Positions 1-10,518 of a stretch of 48,323 bases of DNA are shown piece by piece (the stretch's first letter is position 1; each line of letters begins with the position of its first letter). A program made the position numbers and the translations under genes. The notes beneath the pieces were generated by a model, which worked only from the letters and a program-made list of their open reading frames with translations, had not been told where the DNA came from and ran no database searches. Source of the DNA: Parcubacteria group bacterium (GTDB lineage: Bacteria; Patescibacteriota; Minisyncoccia; Phycocordibacterales; Zambryskibacteraceae); NCBI GenBank assembly GCA_028286805.1, contig JAQBQW010000019.1, positions 1-48,323 of the forward strand. The letters are read 5' to 3'.

Positions 1-2103
1 TCCAAACATATTGTACTCATACACATTTCCGCTTCCATATATTCCAGCATTCTCTGCTCCCAAAATTGCACTGAATTGGCGCAAAGTATTACCTGTAGAA
101 ATATTATTTTTAAAAGTATTGTTGCTGATTTGCCCGCTCAAACTTTGGTCGGAACGCAGGCGGATACCGACGTAGTTTCCGTAGATAGTGTTGTTATAAA
201 ATACATCATTACTTGCTGCGTGGGAAATATATGCATCCACGGCTAATCCTGCGACAGAAGCCGATCCATCGACGTTATTGTAAGAGAGATTGCCGTAAAC
301 AGAAGCATTACTAGACTTCTCCACGAAAATACCGTGATATCTGTTTCCGTATATAGTGTTGTAACGAATAGTTGCTGAAGCTCCCCCGAGAATTTCAGCC
401 ACGGTGTCAATCCATATACCCGCACCGATAGCGTTACCCAAACTGGAATTAGCGGTACCGTTCGAATAAGATGTATTGTATTCAATTGTATGACGCCCGC
501 CATGAGGGCCATAAATTACAATTCCTCCCCCGAAGTTTTGAAGGTAATCCTGTGCGTTATGATGAGTAATATTGCGGGAAACCGTCCAGTTGGATCCGTA
601 GTCGTCTAAACTGATTCCGCGGTGCCCATTGTAGGTGGAAGTATTGAGTGTTACCAAGGCGTTATCCGACGCAGCCGTTCCATTCACTCCACCCGCAATT
701 CCACCGTCATAATTATATGAAGTGTTATTACGCTGGATGATGGCATTATCTGAATCAGCCCACAGGAAAATCCCTATAATAGCAGCGTAACTTACATCAA
801 TGTCCTGAACAGTAATATAGCTCTTGCTACTAATAAACATGCCGTACGACCGAACACTAGCTTCCTCGCTATTCCATAATGTATCTGGATCAAATCCAGA
901 AGTTGTCCCTCCGCTATTTACATACGCATTGACACCATCGGTGAACCAATCATAGGTATTTACGGCAGCTGCATCGTTGGCAACCAATCTTCCAACATGA
1001 GGAGTTCCCCCGCTGTCTACAAACCACATCCCAACTGGAGTTGCGGAATAAGTTGCTTTCCAAGTGTTTCCTGTACTTCCAGCATTTGGGTAATCAGTCG
1101 AACTTATTTTTAGAGCATCGAGATACGCAGTAAGGGTAAAAGCATCCAAGGCAAGACTTCCGAGCCTGATATTACGAATGCCGTTCGAGGCTGCGGCGGT
1201 GAGAGAACCGGATTGAATAGAAGTGCCGTCCAATTTCCATTCCCATTGCATATTAGTTTTATCGTATTTGATTTCTATTTTATACCAAGTATTTAAATTA
1301 ACATTCCCCGATGCGGTTCCAGTGGTCGAGATACCGCCGGTGTAACGTGCCGGGACAAAATGGTATGTGCCGTCAGCGTTTTGTCTAAAGTTCAGGTCTA
1401 TGACGTGGTTACCCGCCGTATCTGTCGCATGAAAAAGTGTGAGCTGTTGGGAGTTCCCTAGTCCCTCTGCGGTAACATAAGCGTAAAATTGGGTGTAAGA
1501 AATCGGTTTATCAGCTCCAAGATCTTTAGTAGCCCAAGCCGCCCAGTTCGGGGAAACCTTTTGTATTTTAAGGATTTGACTTGACCCTCCCGCGGAGTCA
1601 GCGATGGCCGTGCTGTCTTCATCAAGCGTACTGCCTGCTCCAACCGTTTCTGTAAATGTTGGGCTGTCATATCCTGTGGCATTAAAACTTTCATCTAAAA
1701 GATCCGCTGAAACTGCTGGGACAGTATTATTAGTCCAGGTTGAGACAGCGGCTGACCCAAGAATTTTCGGATTCGCCCCCGTCCCATAAGCCCCAAAGGT
1801 AATAGGACTGCCGGCGGTGCCAGAGGAAGGAACGGTGAGTTGTTCCCTCCAGGTATCACCTTTGTTAAAGAGAATTGAATCTCCGGGATTAAAGGAGTAA
1901 GTATTTACCTTGGCAATAGTCTTCCAGGAACATGAGCCTGAGGTGCCGATGGTTTGAGAGGTGCCATCACATGAATCATTGCCGGCATTGGCCACGTAGT
2001 AGGTAGCGGCGGAAGCTTGGGTGATATGGAATGAGAGTATAAAGTTCAAGACTCCAAATACAAACAAGACCGATAACATCTTGGTAACCCAGGTTATTTT
2101 CAT
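1..2103 (-). CDS. secreted right-handed parallel beta-helix (PbH1) repeat protein with a LamG/concanavalin-like middle region; 3' end runs off the window
   Basis: Absent from the ORF track because there is no stop in the window. The ATG (rev-comp of 2101-2103) opens a stop-free frame down to base 1 (701 codons). N-terminus MKITWVTKMLSVLFVFGVLNFILSFHITQASA looks like a signal peptide, followed by ATYYVANAGNDSCDG. Repeated NNTIYGN / NNISTGN-type turns occur toward the edge (last codons GAENAGIYGSGNVYEYNMFG). Confidence 0.75.
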   Translation of the reverse strand, partial: MKITWVTKMLSVLFVFGVLNFILSFHITQASAATYYVANAGNDSCDGTSQTIGTSGSCSWKTIAKVNTYSFNPGDSILFNKGDTWREQLTVPSSGTAGSPITFGAYGTGANPKILGSAAVSTWTNNTVPAVSADLLDESFNATGYDSPTFTETVGAGSTLDEDSTAIADSAGGSSQILKIQKVSPNWAAWATKDLGADKPISYTQFYAYVTAEGLGNSQQLTLFHATDTAGNHVIDLNFRQNADGTYHFVPARYTGGISTTGTASGNVNLNTWYKIEIKYDKTNMQWEWKLDGTSIQSGSLTAAASNGIRNIRLGSLALDAFTLTAYLDALKISSTDYPNAGSTGNTWKATYSATPVGMWFVDSGGTPHVGRLVANDAAAVNTYDWFTDGVNAYVNSGGTTSGFDPDTLWNSEEASVRSYGMFISSKSYITVQDIDVSYAAIIGIFLWADSDNAIIQRNNTSYNYDGGIAGGVNGTAASDNALVTLNTSTYNGHRGISLDDYGSNWTVSRNITHHNAQDYLQNFGGGIVIYGPHGGRHTIEYNTSYSNGTANSSLGNAIGAGIWIDTVAEILGGASATIRYNTIYGNRYHGIFVEKSSNASVYGNLSYNNVDGSASVAGLAVDAYISHAASNDVFYNNTIYGNYVGIRLRSDQSLSGQISNNTFKNNISTGNTLRQFSAILGAENAGIYGSGNVYEYNMFG

Positions 2104-2149
2104 ACAAATATCATAACACTAAATAAAAACATTTCTGCAACTATTAAGC

Positions 2150-2172
2150 AAAAATCCGCCTTTTGAGCGGAT
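2150..2172 (-). terminator. rho-independent terminator after rpmG
   Basis: Stem ATCCGC (2154-2159) / GCGGAT (2167-2172) with a 7-nt loop. On the minus strand it is followed by a T-run (A-run 2150-2153 on +). It lies 8 nt past the rpmG stop. Confidence 0.6.
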
Positions 2173-2179
2173 CCTTTCT

Positions 2180-2353
2180 TTATTTCTTTTCCTTATAAAT
2201 CGTATGGGTCTTTGAGATCGGGTTGTATTTCTTTACCTCGATTTTTCGTTCTACAGACTTCTTATTGCGGCGTGTGTAATACGTATGGCCCTTTCCGAGG
2301 CCGTTTTTGTCTCCTTGGGAGACGATCTTAATGACGTGATCTTGTACTGACAT
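2180..2353 (-). CDS. rpmG: 50S ribosomal protein L33 (57 aa, Cys-less form)
   Basis: Below the ORF-track size cutoff. My translation is MSVQDHVIKIVSQGDKNGLGKGHTYYTRRNKKSVERKIEVKKYNPISKTHTIYKEKK. This matches the L33 pattern (YxTxxNKK...lexkKYxPxxxkHtlhKE). The zinc-ribbon cysteines are absent. Confidence 0.8.
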   Translation of the reverse strand: MSVQDHVIKIVSQGDKNGLGKGHTYYTRRNKKSVERKIEVKKYNPISKTHTIYKEKK

Positions 2354-2518
2354 AGGCGTATAGATTAACCTATTCTATAGATTTTGCAAGTCTTTCACTC
2401 CTCCATCTTCGTTCGTGTTTTTTATTAATCTTTGAACAAACCGGAACATAGCACTGAGTATTATACAAGATTCAAAGAGTTGGCTGTAATTTTCCCTTAT
2501 TTTATATAAAAAATATAG

Positions 2519-2524
2519 TATACT
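2519..2524 (+). promoter_or_regulatory. -10 box TATACT placed 6 nt before the ATG at 2531 (leaderless-type arrangement)
   Basis: Sequence reads gTATACTtattttATG. There is no purine-rich SD between the box and the start. Confidence 0.45.
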
Positions 2525-2530
2525 TATTTT

Positions 2531-3397
2531 ATGTCCGCTCTATCTCATGTGTTCTTTGGTCCAATTATTAAAAGTGTTGCAACAGTTCTTATGAGCTTTG
2601 GCGCCACAGTTTCGACAACACCCACAACAGAAATTTCTCCCGTTATCCCAGCAACATCACTCCAAGATACGGTATCAAGCTTACATGATCAAATCACCAC
2701 CTTACGAACAAGCATGGAGAAGTCACGCTTGAAAAATCTTCTTCAGCAAAATTTAACTTCTGTAGCGTCAATAAAACAAACTCAAATAATGTTAATAGAT
2801 TTAGGATATCTTTCTAAAAACATTAGTTTTGGGTACTATGGTCCGTTGACCAAAAAAGCTATTCAAGATTTTCAAATACAAAATAACCTACCAAAAACAG
2901 GAACAACTGATGATTCTACAATAAATAAACTCATCGAAGATTTTATTGCAAAAGAAAATATTTCAAATATCTATTTTCCAGAAGAAAATACTCTTTCTTC
3001 AATAGCTAATTCAACGACATCTGCGAGTGAGACAAGCATAGAGCAGGATACAACTGCCACTCAAGACAACATACCTCCTGACCCGTTTGTAAATGAACCC
3101 ACGCCTATATACGATTGTCCTGATACTATAACCTCGCAGGCTCCAGCAACTTCCACCCCCTCTTCTCCCTCGCAAACAAGCACCACCACAACGATTCTTA
3201 ATTCTATTCCAAAAATGATTCAACCTCCGAAAAACGCAACATCACAAGCAGTTCCAGTTCTAAAGACAATCTTACGTTCTAGTATTCCAACAGCGCCAAT
3301 TGTTGTTCCGCCTTCCACTAGCAGCCGGACCACAAATACAGTTTCTGTGCCTACCTCTCAGCTTATGAACCAAAACATAGAGGGCAGTAGGAAATGA
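2531..3397 (+). CDS. peptidoglycan-binding (PG_binding_1-like) domain protein with an S/T/P-rich C-terminal tail
   Basis: Contains IMLIDLGYLSKNISFGYYGPLTKKAIQDFQIQNNLPKTGTTDDSTINKL, which fits the PGBD helix-repeat pattern. Hydrophobic N-terminus. The C-terminus is low-complexity (TSTPSSPSQTSTTTT...). Confidence 0.6.
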   Translation: MSALSHVFFGPIIKSVATVLMSFGATVSTTPTTEISPVIPATSLQDTVSSLHDQITTLRTSMEKSRLKNLLQQNLTSVASIKQTQIMLIDLGYLSKNISFGYYGPLTKKAIQDFQIQNNLPKTGTTDDSTINKLIEDFIAKENISNIYFPEENTLSSIANSTTSASETSIEQDTTATQDNIPPDPFVNEPTPIYDCPDTITSQAPATSTPSSPSQTSTTTTILNSIPKMIQPPKNATSQAVPVLKTILRSSIPTAPIVVPPSTSSRTTNTVSVPTSQLMNQNIEGSRK

Positions 3398-3449
3398 TAG
3401 AACCAAAAGAGCCTAAACAATAAGGCTCAATTTAGATAAAAACAAAGTG

Positions 3450-3532
3450 TGCGCCGGGTTGGATTCGAACCAACGAAGCCCGAAGGCGACAGATTTACAG
3501 TCTGTTGTGATAGACCACTCCACCACCGACGC
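3450..3532 (-). tRNA. tRNA-Tyr (GTA), type II with long variable arm, no encoded CCA
   Basis: Minus-strand read: GCGTCGG TG GTGG AGTGGTCTA TCAC A ACAGA CTGTAAA TCTGT CGCCTTCGGGCTTC GTTGG TTCGAAT CCAAC CCGGCGC A. Confidence 0.9.
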
Positions 3533-3575
3533 AATACGGCTTATTGTATAGAAATTTCATGGACAGTCAATTTAT

Positions 3576-3601
3576 AAAAAATGCCGGACAAAATCCGGCA
3601 T
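3576..3601 (-). terminator. rho-independent terminator after clpB
   Basis: Stem ATGCCGGA (3581-3588) / TCCGGCAT (3594-3601), loop CAAAA. On the minus strand it is followed by TTTTT (A-run 3576-3580). Confidence 0.7.
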
Positions 3602-3625
3602 TATCATTTATAGTGAATATATTTT

Positions 3626-6304
3626 TTACTTTGTCTTAGTTTCCTTCTTTGAAGAGATCGCCGACACTCTACCGGATCGTCTTCCCCTCACCACTTCGAA
3701 TGTCAGCTCAGACCCTCTGCGGTCCACCATTACAACCCCGCCCGAGAGAACCTTGCTGCCGATCATCATGGTCGCCACCGGATTCAACACCTTTGTCTGA
3801 ATGAGCCGTTTCAATGGACGCGCACCAAATTCTGGACTGTATCCTTCTTCTGCCAACAGATCCATAACGGAATCGGAAATGACAAGTTCGATTTCCTTGT
3901 CTGCAAGACGTTTCTTGATTTCTTCAACTTGGATGGCCACAATTGATTTAATCACATCTTTAGGAAGCACATCGAACACAACGATCTCGTCGAGTCGGTT
4001 CAAGAATTCCGGACGGAATTGATTTTTGAGTGCTCCCAAAAGCTTGTCTTTAATATGCGAGTATTCAGCTGCCCCTTCTCCCTTAGAGAATCCAATGGCT
4101 TCCATGCGGTCTATGTATTCGGCTCCAACATTCGAGGTCATAATAATGACGGTATTTCTGAAGTTGATGACGCGGCCTTTGGTATCGGTCAACCGGCCGT
4201 TATCAAGAACTTGAAGAAGAATGTTGAACACTTCGGGGTGGGCTTTTTCAATTTCGTCGAACAAGACAACGGAATATGGACGATGGCGGATGGTTTCGGT
4301 GAATGTAGAGGAATCTTCGAATCCAACGTATCCAGGAGGTGCACCGATGAGTTTCGAGACGCTGTGTCGTTCCATGAATTCAGACATGTCTACTCGGATC
4401 AATGCTTTGTCATCGTTGAACATGAATTCAGCCAAAGCTTTGGTTAACTCAGTTTTACCCACTCCCGTTGGTCCGAGGAACATAAACGAACCGATGGGGC
4501 GATTGGGATCGGAAATACCGGCACGGGCTCGTTTAATGGTATCCGCAATCTTTTTCACCGCTTCATCCTGCCCAACAATTCTTTCTTTCAACACTTCTTC
4601 CATACGACCAAGCTTCTCAGCTTCTTCTTCAAGCATTCTGGAGACCGGGATTCCGGTCCATCGTGAGACAATATCCGCAATGTCGGATTCGGTAATTTCT
4701 TCTTTCAGTATTCGTCGGGAACTCTGCAGTTTCTTTAATTTTTTGGATTTAATTTCATATTCCTTTTCAAGCGAAGGAATTTTTCCGTAACGGAGTTCGG
4801 CGGCCCGCGCAAGATCCGCAGCAGCTTCCACCGCTTCGGCTTCAAGACGGAGAGTTTCAAGATTTTTCTTGATCTCCTTCATTTCAGAAACGGTTTCTTT
4901 TTCATTCTTCCATTTCAATTCAATTTCCGAAGTTTTTTCTTTCAGATCTGCAATGTCTAGATCTATATCCTTGATACGGGCTTTGGCTTTCAGATTTTTA
5001 ACTTCTTTTTTCAAAGCTTCCTTTTCGATCTCGAGCTTCATAATCTTAGACTGGGATTCCTGCAATACCGGAGGCATGTTTTCCAAAGAAATCTTCAGGA
5101 AAGAAGATGCTTCATCTATAAGGTCCACTGCTTTGTCCGGAAGGAAACGGTCTGTAATGTATCTCGAAGAGAGATTTACCGCTGCGCGAATTGCGTCGTC
5201 AGTGATATGAACGCCGTGATACAGCTCGTATCGCTCTTTCAAACCTCTGAGGATGGTCATAGCATCTTCGAGAGAAGGTTCATTCACGTGTACTGGTTGG
5301 AATCGACGAGTTAAAGCTGGATCCTTTTCAATATACTTCTGGTATTCCCGAATGGTGGTTGCGCCGATAGCTCGAAGCTCCCCGCGGGACAATGCCGGTT
5401 TCAGCATATTCGATGCATCCATGGCACCTTCAGCCGCACCGGCACCGACAATGGTGTGGATTTCGTCGATGAACAAGACAACCTTCCCTTCGGATTTTTC
5501 TATTTCTTTTAAAATGTTTTTTAATCGTTCTTCGAATTCACCGCGGTATTTGGTACCGGCTATCAGGAGGCCGAGGTCGAGAGAAACCAATTCCTTGTCT
5601 TTCAATGATTCAGGTACGTTTCCATTGGCCATGCGAATGGCTAATCCTTCGGCAATGGCTGTTTTACCAACTCCGGCTTCTCCGATAAGAATCGGATTAT
5701 TTTTAGTTCGGCGGGAAAGAATTTGAACGATACGGGAAATTTCCTGGTCTCGCCCAATAACCGGATCAAGCTTGTTTGCCTTGGCGAGTTTGGTGAGGTT
5801 GCGCGTATACTTCGAAAGATTCTTGAATTTCTTTTCAGCTTTAGGAGATTCGCTGGTGGATTTCTTTTGTTCTTCGACCATTTCAATCACCGCTTCCCTC
5901 TTGATTTTAAATTTTAGAAGCAGATCTCTGGCTTCGCCCGCAACATCAAGAACTGAAATAAACAAATGTTCAGTTGAAACGAATTCATCTCCGAGAGATT
6001 CTGCAATCTTTGAAGAAAGCTCGATTGTATTTGCCAGTTCGGGGGTAAGGTAAATCTGGTACGAAGGCGCGAGCGTTTGTGCGTTTTCAGGGTTCTCAAT
6101 TAAATCGAGAACGGTATCGGTTAAAAGAATGGTATCAACTTCCATTTTCTCGAGTAGCGAAACGACGATACTTTCATCTTGTATAAGAAGGGCGGCCAAG
6201 AGATGCAGCGGATTGACGTGATTTTGTCCGCGTTCAATAGCCAGCTCGTGAGCCTTGTGAATGACTTCTTTGGCTTTGGTGGTGAATCTTCCAAATGGCT
6301 GCAT
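3626..6304 (-). CDS. clpB: ATP-dependent chaperone/disaggregase ClpB
   Basis: 892 aa. Two Walker A motifs ([16 protein letters not shown]), a Clp N-domain and a long coiled-coil middle domain between the NBDs. Confidence 0.95.
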   Translation of the reverse strand: MQPFGRFTTKAKEVIHKAHELAIERGQNHVNPLHLLAALLIQDESIVVSLLEKMEVDTILLTDTVLDLIENPENAQTLAPSYQIYLTPELANTIELSSKIAESLGDEFVSTEHLFISVLDVAGEARDLLLKFKIKREAVIEMVEEQKKSTSESPKAEKKFKNLSKYTRNLTKLAKANKLDPVIGRDQEISRIVQILSRRTKNNPILIGEAGVGKTAIAEGLAIRMANGNVPESLKDKELVSLDLGLLIAGTKYRGEFEERLKNILKEIEKSEGKVVLFIDEIHTIVGAGAAEGAMDASNMLKPALSRGELRAIGATTIREYQKYIEKDPALTRRFQPVHVNEPSLEDAMTILRGLKERYELYHGVHITDDAIRAAVNLSSRYITDRFLPDKAVDLIDEASSFLKISLENMPPVLQESQSKIMKLEIEKEALKKEVKNLKAKARIKDIDLDIADLKEKTSEIELKWKNEKETVSEMKEIKKNLETLRLEAEAVEAAADLARAAELRYGKIPSLEKEYEIKSKKLKKLQSSRRILKEEITESDIADIVSRWTGIPVSRMLEEEAEKLGRMEEVLKERIVGQDEAVKKIADTIKRARAGISDPNRPIGSFMFLGPTGVGKTELTKALAEFMFNDDKALIRVDMSEFMERHSVSKLIGAPPGYVGFEDSSTFTETIRHRPYSVVLFDEIEKAHPEVFNILLQVLDNGRLTDTKGRVINFRNTVIIMTSNVGAEYIDRMEAIGFSKGEGAAEYSHIKDKLLGALKNQFRPEFLNRLDEIVVFDVLPKDVIKSIVAIQVEEIKKRLADKEIELVISDSVMDLLAEEGYSPEFGARPLKRLIQTKVLNPVATMMIGSKVLSGGVVMVDRRGSELTFEVVRGRRSGRVSAISSKKETKTK

Positions 6305-6332
6305 GGGTGAAGGGATTATGATCGAATAATGG

Positions 6333-7127
6333 TTACTGTGCTTGAGAAATTATTTTTTTGATTGCAGTGAGGGTGGTATAGGATCCTGCGGAAAGGGTGA
6401 GATCGTCGTTTGAAGTTTTAAGTCCTACTAAGTCTCCGGAAAGATTGATGAGGGGCGCTCCGGCTGTTTCAGCTGTTGAAGGAATGTCTGTCAGTACCGT
6501 ACCTGTTCCTACGCTGACCACGTGGCCAATGTAAATGGCATTTTTATCTTTTCCTCCGATGGAGATTACGGTTTGCCCTAGCCTCAAGTCGCCTGAAGAC
6601 AAACCGATGGGAGTAAAGTCTTTGTGCGTCGCATCAGTTTGGAGCGCAAGCACAACGAGGTTGTCCGTATCGCTTTTATAAATGATACGGGTTCGAACTG
6701 TTGAACCGTCGGCAAGGGTAGCAGTGTAGAATGTCAGATCAGTTGAGATGTCTCGCTTGTCCGTTACTACTAACCCCGATTTCGACACGATAATGCCGAT
6801 GGCATATAGATTGGCGGCCCCCGTTGTATTCGCTTCTTGTAATCTGACAACCGATGGAGAAGCCTTTGCAATTGAACCGGTGACCGCGTCTTCGTCTGAC
6901 ACTACCGTTACTTCTTTTACCGTGGTTACTCCACCTTTAACGGTTGGGGCGGGCGTAACTTTCTCGATTGTGTGCTCCACCACGCGGTTAATGGTCTGAG
7001 TGATGCTTGCCGGAGCTTCCGCGAGCAATGAGGTGGTAATGATTCCGGTAGCAATTGAAGTGACGAAGCTGACAAGAAGGGTCAGAAGGATAATCTGTGT
7101 TTTTGTAAGGTCTTCCATCGTTGTCAT
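6333..7127 (-). CDS. membrane-anchored trypsin/HtrA (S1C)-like protein, apparently lacking catalytic His and Ser
   Basis: N-terminal TM segment ([24 protein letters not shown]). [19 protein letters not shown] aligns to GSGfIiskdGyivTNaHVv, placing R/K where His should be. DNLVVLAL keeps the Asp motif. [17 protein letters not shown] aligns to GNSGGPLvNldGevvGi, with Ser replaced by Ala. Confidence 0.55.
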   Translation of the reverse strand: MTTMEDLTKTQIILLTLLVSFVTSIATGIITTSLLAEAPASITQTINRVVEHTIEKVTPAPTVKGGVTTVKEVTVVSDEDAVTGSIAKASPSVVRLQEANTTGAANLYAIGIIVSKSGLVVTDKRDISTDLTFYTATLADGSTVRTRIIYKSDTDNLVVLALQTDATHKDFTPIGLSSGDLRLGQTVISIGGKDKNAIYIGHVVSVGTGTVLTDIPSTAETAGAPLINLSGDLVGLKTSNDDLTLSAGSYTTLTAIKKIISQAQ

Positions 7128-7131
7128 GGGG

Positions 7132-8190
7132 CTATTCTAGCATTATTTTTTGGAGAATTCGAGCGGCAAATTTTACGTCAGAAATTGTCGTTTCCTGACC
7201 GAAAGAAAAACGCAATGCCTCTATTTCAGTACCGTCTCCGCGGAATTTGCACGAGCTTCCGGTCGAGACGGAAACTCCTTCGTGATCCAGCTGAATGGCT
7301 AAAAATTCATGGAGTTTCCCTTCGAATGATACGCTGACGATATGAGGAGAAGAATGTTCGGGAGTGTTGATGGTGATTCCTGGAATCTTTTCTGCTTCTT
7401 TAATAAATGCGCTCTGTATCTGCTGAAGCCTCTCGAATTCATTAGTTCTGCCGAATTCGGCAGATTCGAGTGCGGAGACCAATTCTAAAATGGTCTCTAC
7501 GTTTTCCGTTCCGGGACGAATGCCTCGCTCCTGTCCCCCGCCAAATAAAACTGGAGAAATCTTTACATGGGGACGAAAGGCTAAAACCCCCGCACCTTTT
7601 GTTAAACTGATCTTTGAACCTCCGAAAGTAAGGAGATCCACGCCCAGACTAGAGAATTGGATCGGCAACATTCCAATGGCCTGGCTCGCATCCGAATGGA
7701 AATACGGATACGTTGAGTTATTCTTTTTTCTCCATTCATTGATCCGCCGAGCAATCTTTGAAATTGGCTGAATTGCTCCGGTTTTGTTGTTCACATACAT
7801 GACAGAAACCAAGATCGTGTTTTCTTTGAGAGCGCTCATCACGTCTTCCACTTGAACAACGCCGTCCACCGCTTCCACTACCGTCACCTCTCCGCCCCGT
7901 CTCTTGATTTCCTCGGCACATTTTAAGATTGCTGGGTGTTCGATTGATGTTGTAACAATGTGCGCATTCGGCACGTCTTGGACTATGCCGAGGAGTGCGA
8001 GATTATCCGCTTCGGTTCCGCCAGAGGTGAAAACAACATCTCGGGCTTGAACTTGCATCAATCGGGCGGCTCGAAGACGAGCCTCCTCGAGCCTTTTTTT
8101 TGCTTCCACTCCTTCTTTGTATATTGCCGAAGGGTTGTTCTTGCCGGCTGCATAGTCTAAGAAGACTCGTTTCTTATGAAATAAACCCAT
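7132..8190 (-). CDS. cysteine desulfurase (class V aminotransferase, NifS/IscS-like)
   Basis: Contains FTSGGTEADNLAL, HSDASQAIG, a candidate PLP-Lys region (FGGSKISLTKGAGVL) and a C-terminal active-site Cys (STGSSCKF). Confidence 0.8.
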   Translation of the reverse strand: MGLFHKKRVFLDYAAGKNNPSAIYKEGVEAKKRLEEARLRAARLMQVQARDVVFTSGGTEADNLALLGIVQDVPNAHIVTTSIEHPAILKCAEEIKRRGGEVTVVEAVDGVVQVEDVMSALKENTILVSVMYVNNKTGAIQPISKIARRINEWRKKNNSTYPYFHSDASQAIGMLPIQFSSLGVDLLTFGGSKISLTKGAGVLAFRPHVKISPVLFGGGQERGIRPGTENVETILELVSALESAEFGRTNEFERLQQIQSAFIKEAEKIPGITINTPEHSSPHIVSVSFEGKLHEFLAIQLDHEGVSVSTGSSCKFRGDGTEIEALRFSFGQETTISDVKFAARILQKIMLE

Positions 8191-8239
8191 CTCTTCATTC
8201 TAGTACAGAGGGCTCTCATGTGCTATTCTGAGGCCCTCT

Positions 8240-9742
8240 ATGAGCACTTCCAAGGATATCGGCAATCTTCGAGCCCCTGTGGTAGCCATTATGGGTCACA
8301 TAGACCATGGCAAGTCCACGCTTCTCGATTACATACGCAAATCAAATGTCACCGCCGGTGAAGCGGGTGGTATTACCCAGCACGTCACCGCATATGAAGT
8401 GGTTCACACCAGCTCGGAAGGAAACGTGGGCAAAATCACTTTTCTCGATACTCCGGGACACGAAGCATTCCAGGGAATTCGCGCCAGAGGAGCCGTTGTT
8501 GCGGATATCGCCATTCTCGTGGTGTCGGCTGAAGACGGAGTTAAACCCCAAACACTCGAGGCATACAAGCACATTAAAGAATGCAACGTTCCCTTCATCG
8601 TTGCCATAACGAAGATTGATAAAGCGGGAGCTTCGGTGGATCGAGCAAAACAAAGTTTGGCTGAAAACGATATATTCGTTGAAGGATACGGAGGAAACAT
8701 TCCCGTTGTTGCACTTTCTGCCAAAACAGGAGAAGGCGTAAACGACCTGTTGGACATGATCATGCTCGTATCGGAACTCGAATCTTTTAACGGACACCCG
8801 GAACGATTGGGTACGGGAATTATTATCGAAAGCAGGCTCGATCCTAAAAAAGGAATCACTGCCGTTGGAATCATTAAAGACGGAACGGTGAAGAAGGGTT
8901 TGATTGCAGCATCCGTCGGAGCCACTGCTCCCCTTCGCTTCATTCTAGACTCCGAAGGAAACCAAGTGGACGAACTTTCGTTCTCGAGCCCGATTCAACT
9001 CGTTGGCTGGGACAATCTTCCTCCCGTCGGAGCAGTCTTTGAAATCTTTGAAGACAAGAAAGCCGCCACCTTGTATGCAGACAGCGAAGCGATCAAATCC
9101 AAGCACAATCCTCTGGATGCAAAGATTGATGAAAACATTTCAATCTTGCCTATTATCATCAAGGCAGATACAGCGGGAAGTCTGGAAGCGCTTGTGTATG
9201 AGATCAAAAAACTTTCCAGAGAACGCATTGTTCCGAAAGTAGTATTACAGGGTATTGGCACCGTCAGTGAAAACGATATCAAATCTGCCATGACAACCGC
9301 CGGAACATACGTCTTTGCATTCCATACTAAAATCGATTCGCAGGCAGGAGCGCTCGCTGAACGATCCGGCATCGCCATTGAGTCTTATGACATCATCTAC
9401 AAACTGACCGAACGTATCGAAGAATTGCTCGAATCGGGCGAACCTAAAATTGAAGTGGAGGAAGTAAGCGGTTCGGCCAAGGTGTTGCGAATCTTCAGCA
9501 TTACCAAAGACAAGCACGTGCTTGGGGCCAGAGCTTTAACCGGTGTTGTGACAGCCGGAGGAAATTTGAGAATTCTCCGAAGAGATGAGGAAATAGGTCG
9601 GGCTAAAATTAAAGGATTGCAGCAAAACAAAGTGGAAACAGACCGAGTGAACGAAGGAAACGAATTCGGTGCTATGATCGAATCAAAGATTGAGATTGCG
9701 CCTGGAGATACGTTTGAAGAGATCACTAAAGTCACAAAATAA
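8240..9742 (+). CDS. infB: translation initiation factor IF-2 (short form, no long N-terminal region)
   Basis: Contains RAPVVAIMGHIDHGKSTLLDYIRKSNVTAGEAGGITQH, DTPGHEAF and the NKID-type motif (TKIDK). 500 aa. Confidence 0.92.
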   Translation: MSTSKDIGNLRAPVVAIMGHIDHGKSTLLDYIRKSNVTAGEAGGITQHVTAYEVVHTSSEGNVGKITFLDTPGHEAFQGIRARGAVVADIAILVVSAEDGVKPQTLEAYKHIKECNVPFIVAITKIDKAGASVDRAKQSLAENDIFVEGYGGNIPVVALSAKTGEGVNDLLDMIMLVSELESFNGHPERLGTGIIIESRLDPKKGITAVGIIKDGTVKKGLIAASVGATAPLRFILDSEGNQVDELSFSSPIQLVGWDNLPPVGAVFEIFEDKKAATLYADSEAIKSKHNPLDAKIDENISILPIIIKADTAGSLEALVYEIKKLSRERIVPKVVLQGIGTVSENDIKSAMTTAGTYVFAFHTKIDSQAGALAERSGIAIESYDIIYKLTERIEELLESGEPKIEVEEVSGSAKVLRIFSITKDKHVLGARALTGVVTAGGNLRILRRDEEIGRAKIKGLQQNKVETDRVNEGNEFGAMIESKIEIAPGDTFEEITKVTK

Positions 9743-10080
9743 TGAAAGAAATTAAAAAAGACAAAATAGAGGAAATTCTCCGCCACCTGGCAGCTGAATT
9801 CATTGTACGTGAAGCCACTCCCGCTTCCCTTATCACCGTTACCCGGGTGGAACTTTCTGCAACAGTAAAAGTGGCCAATATCTATTTCACCACTCTTCCC
9901 GATTCCCAGCAGGAAACTGCGGAGAAATTCTTAACCCGCAAAGGTTCCGAGTTTATGACCTACGTTAAAAAACATTCGAAGATTGGCATCGTTCCCCACT
10001 TACGCTTCCAAATAGATTTCGGAGAGAGAAACCGCCAGAGATTGGATGAGATTACTGGTGGAATGGAACTGGATAAATAA
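9742..10080 (+). CDS. rbfA: ribosome-binding factor A
   Basis: Its start overlaps the infB stop (TAATG). LITVTRVELSATVKVANIYF is typical RbfA. The infB-rbfA order is conserved. Confidence 0.8.
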   Translation: MKEIKKDKIEEILRHLAAEFIVREATPASLITVTRVELSATVKVANIYFTTLPDSQQETAEKFLTRKGSEFMTYVKKHSKIGIVPHLRFQIDFGERNRQRLDEITGGMELDK

Positions 10081-10101
10081 ACTGTGGTAATCTAGAACAT
10101 C

Positions 10102-10175
10102 GACCTAGTCGCCAAGTGGTAAGGCATAGCTCTGCAAAAGCTCCATCGGCGGTTCGATTCCGCCCTAGGTCTCCA
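10102..10175 (+). tRNA. tRNA-Cys (GCA), CCA encoded, U73 discriminator
   Basis: GACCTAG TC GCCA AGTGGTAA GGCA TAGCT CTGCAAA AGCTC ATCGG CGG TTCGATT CCG(CC) CTAGGTC T CCA. There is one mismatch at the base of the anticodon stem. Confidence 0.8.
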
Positions 10176-10196
10176 GGAAGTCGAGAGACTTTCCAT

Positions 10197-10279
10197 GCCC
10201 GGGTGGTGGAATGGTATACACGGAGGACTTAAAATCCTCTGGTCGCAAGACCTTGTGGGTTCGAGTCCCACCCCGGGCA
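10197..10279 (+). tRNA. tRNA-Leu (TAA), type II
   Basis: GCCCGGG TG GTGGAATGGTATACAC GGAGGA CTTAAAA TCCTC ... GTGGG TTCGAGT CCCAC CCCGGGC A. No CCA encoded. Confidence 0.9.
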
Positions 10280-10319
10280 CATTGAATAAAGAAGTTTTTT
10301 TAGCTATAGTTTTTGTTAC

Positions 10320-10392
10320 GCGCCCGTAGCTCAGTTGGTAGAGCAGCTCCCTCTTAAGGAGATGGTCGTAGGTTCGATTCCTACCGGGCGCA
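10320..10392 (+). tRNA. tRNA-Lys (CTT)
   Basis: GCGCCCG TA GCTC AGTTGGTA GAGC A GCTCC CTCTTAA GGAGA TGGTC GTAGG TTCGATT CCTAC CGGGCGC A. No CCA encoded. Confidence 0.9.
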
Positions 10393-10426
10393 CAAATATT
10401 ATTTCTTGTGTTAGTATGCATCTCAT

Positions 10427-10507
10427 GCCGGGGTGGTGAAATGGTAGACACGCCAGTTTTAGGAACTGGTCCCGCAAGGGGTGGAGGTTCAAGTCCTCTC
10501 CCCGGCA
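10427..10507 (+). tRNA. tRNA-Leu (TAG), type II
   Basis: GCCGGGG TG GTGAAATGGTAGACAC G CCAGT TTTAGGA ACTGG ... GGAGG TTCAAGT CCTCT CCCCGGC A. No CCA encoded. Confidence 0.9.
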
Positions 10508-10518
10508 CAAGTTATTTC

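Noticed and set aside
3801-6099. Many 60-190 aa ORFs on the plus strand or in alternative frames inside clpB; the same pattern occurs inside infB, gyrA, ftsZ, rpsA (22887-23582, 231 aa), trxB and valS
   Set aside because: They are embedded in or antisense to high-confidence conserved genes, and the translations are Ser/Phe/Ile-rich with no motifs.
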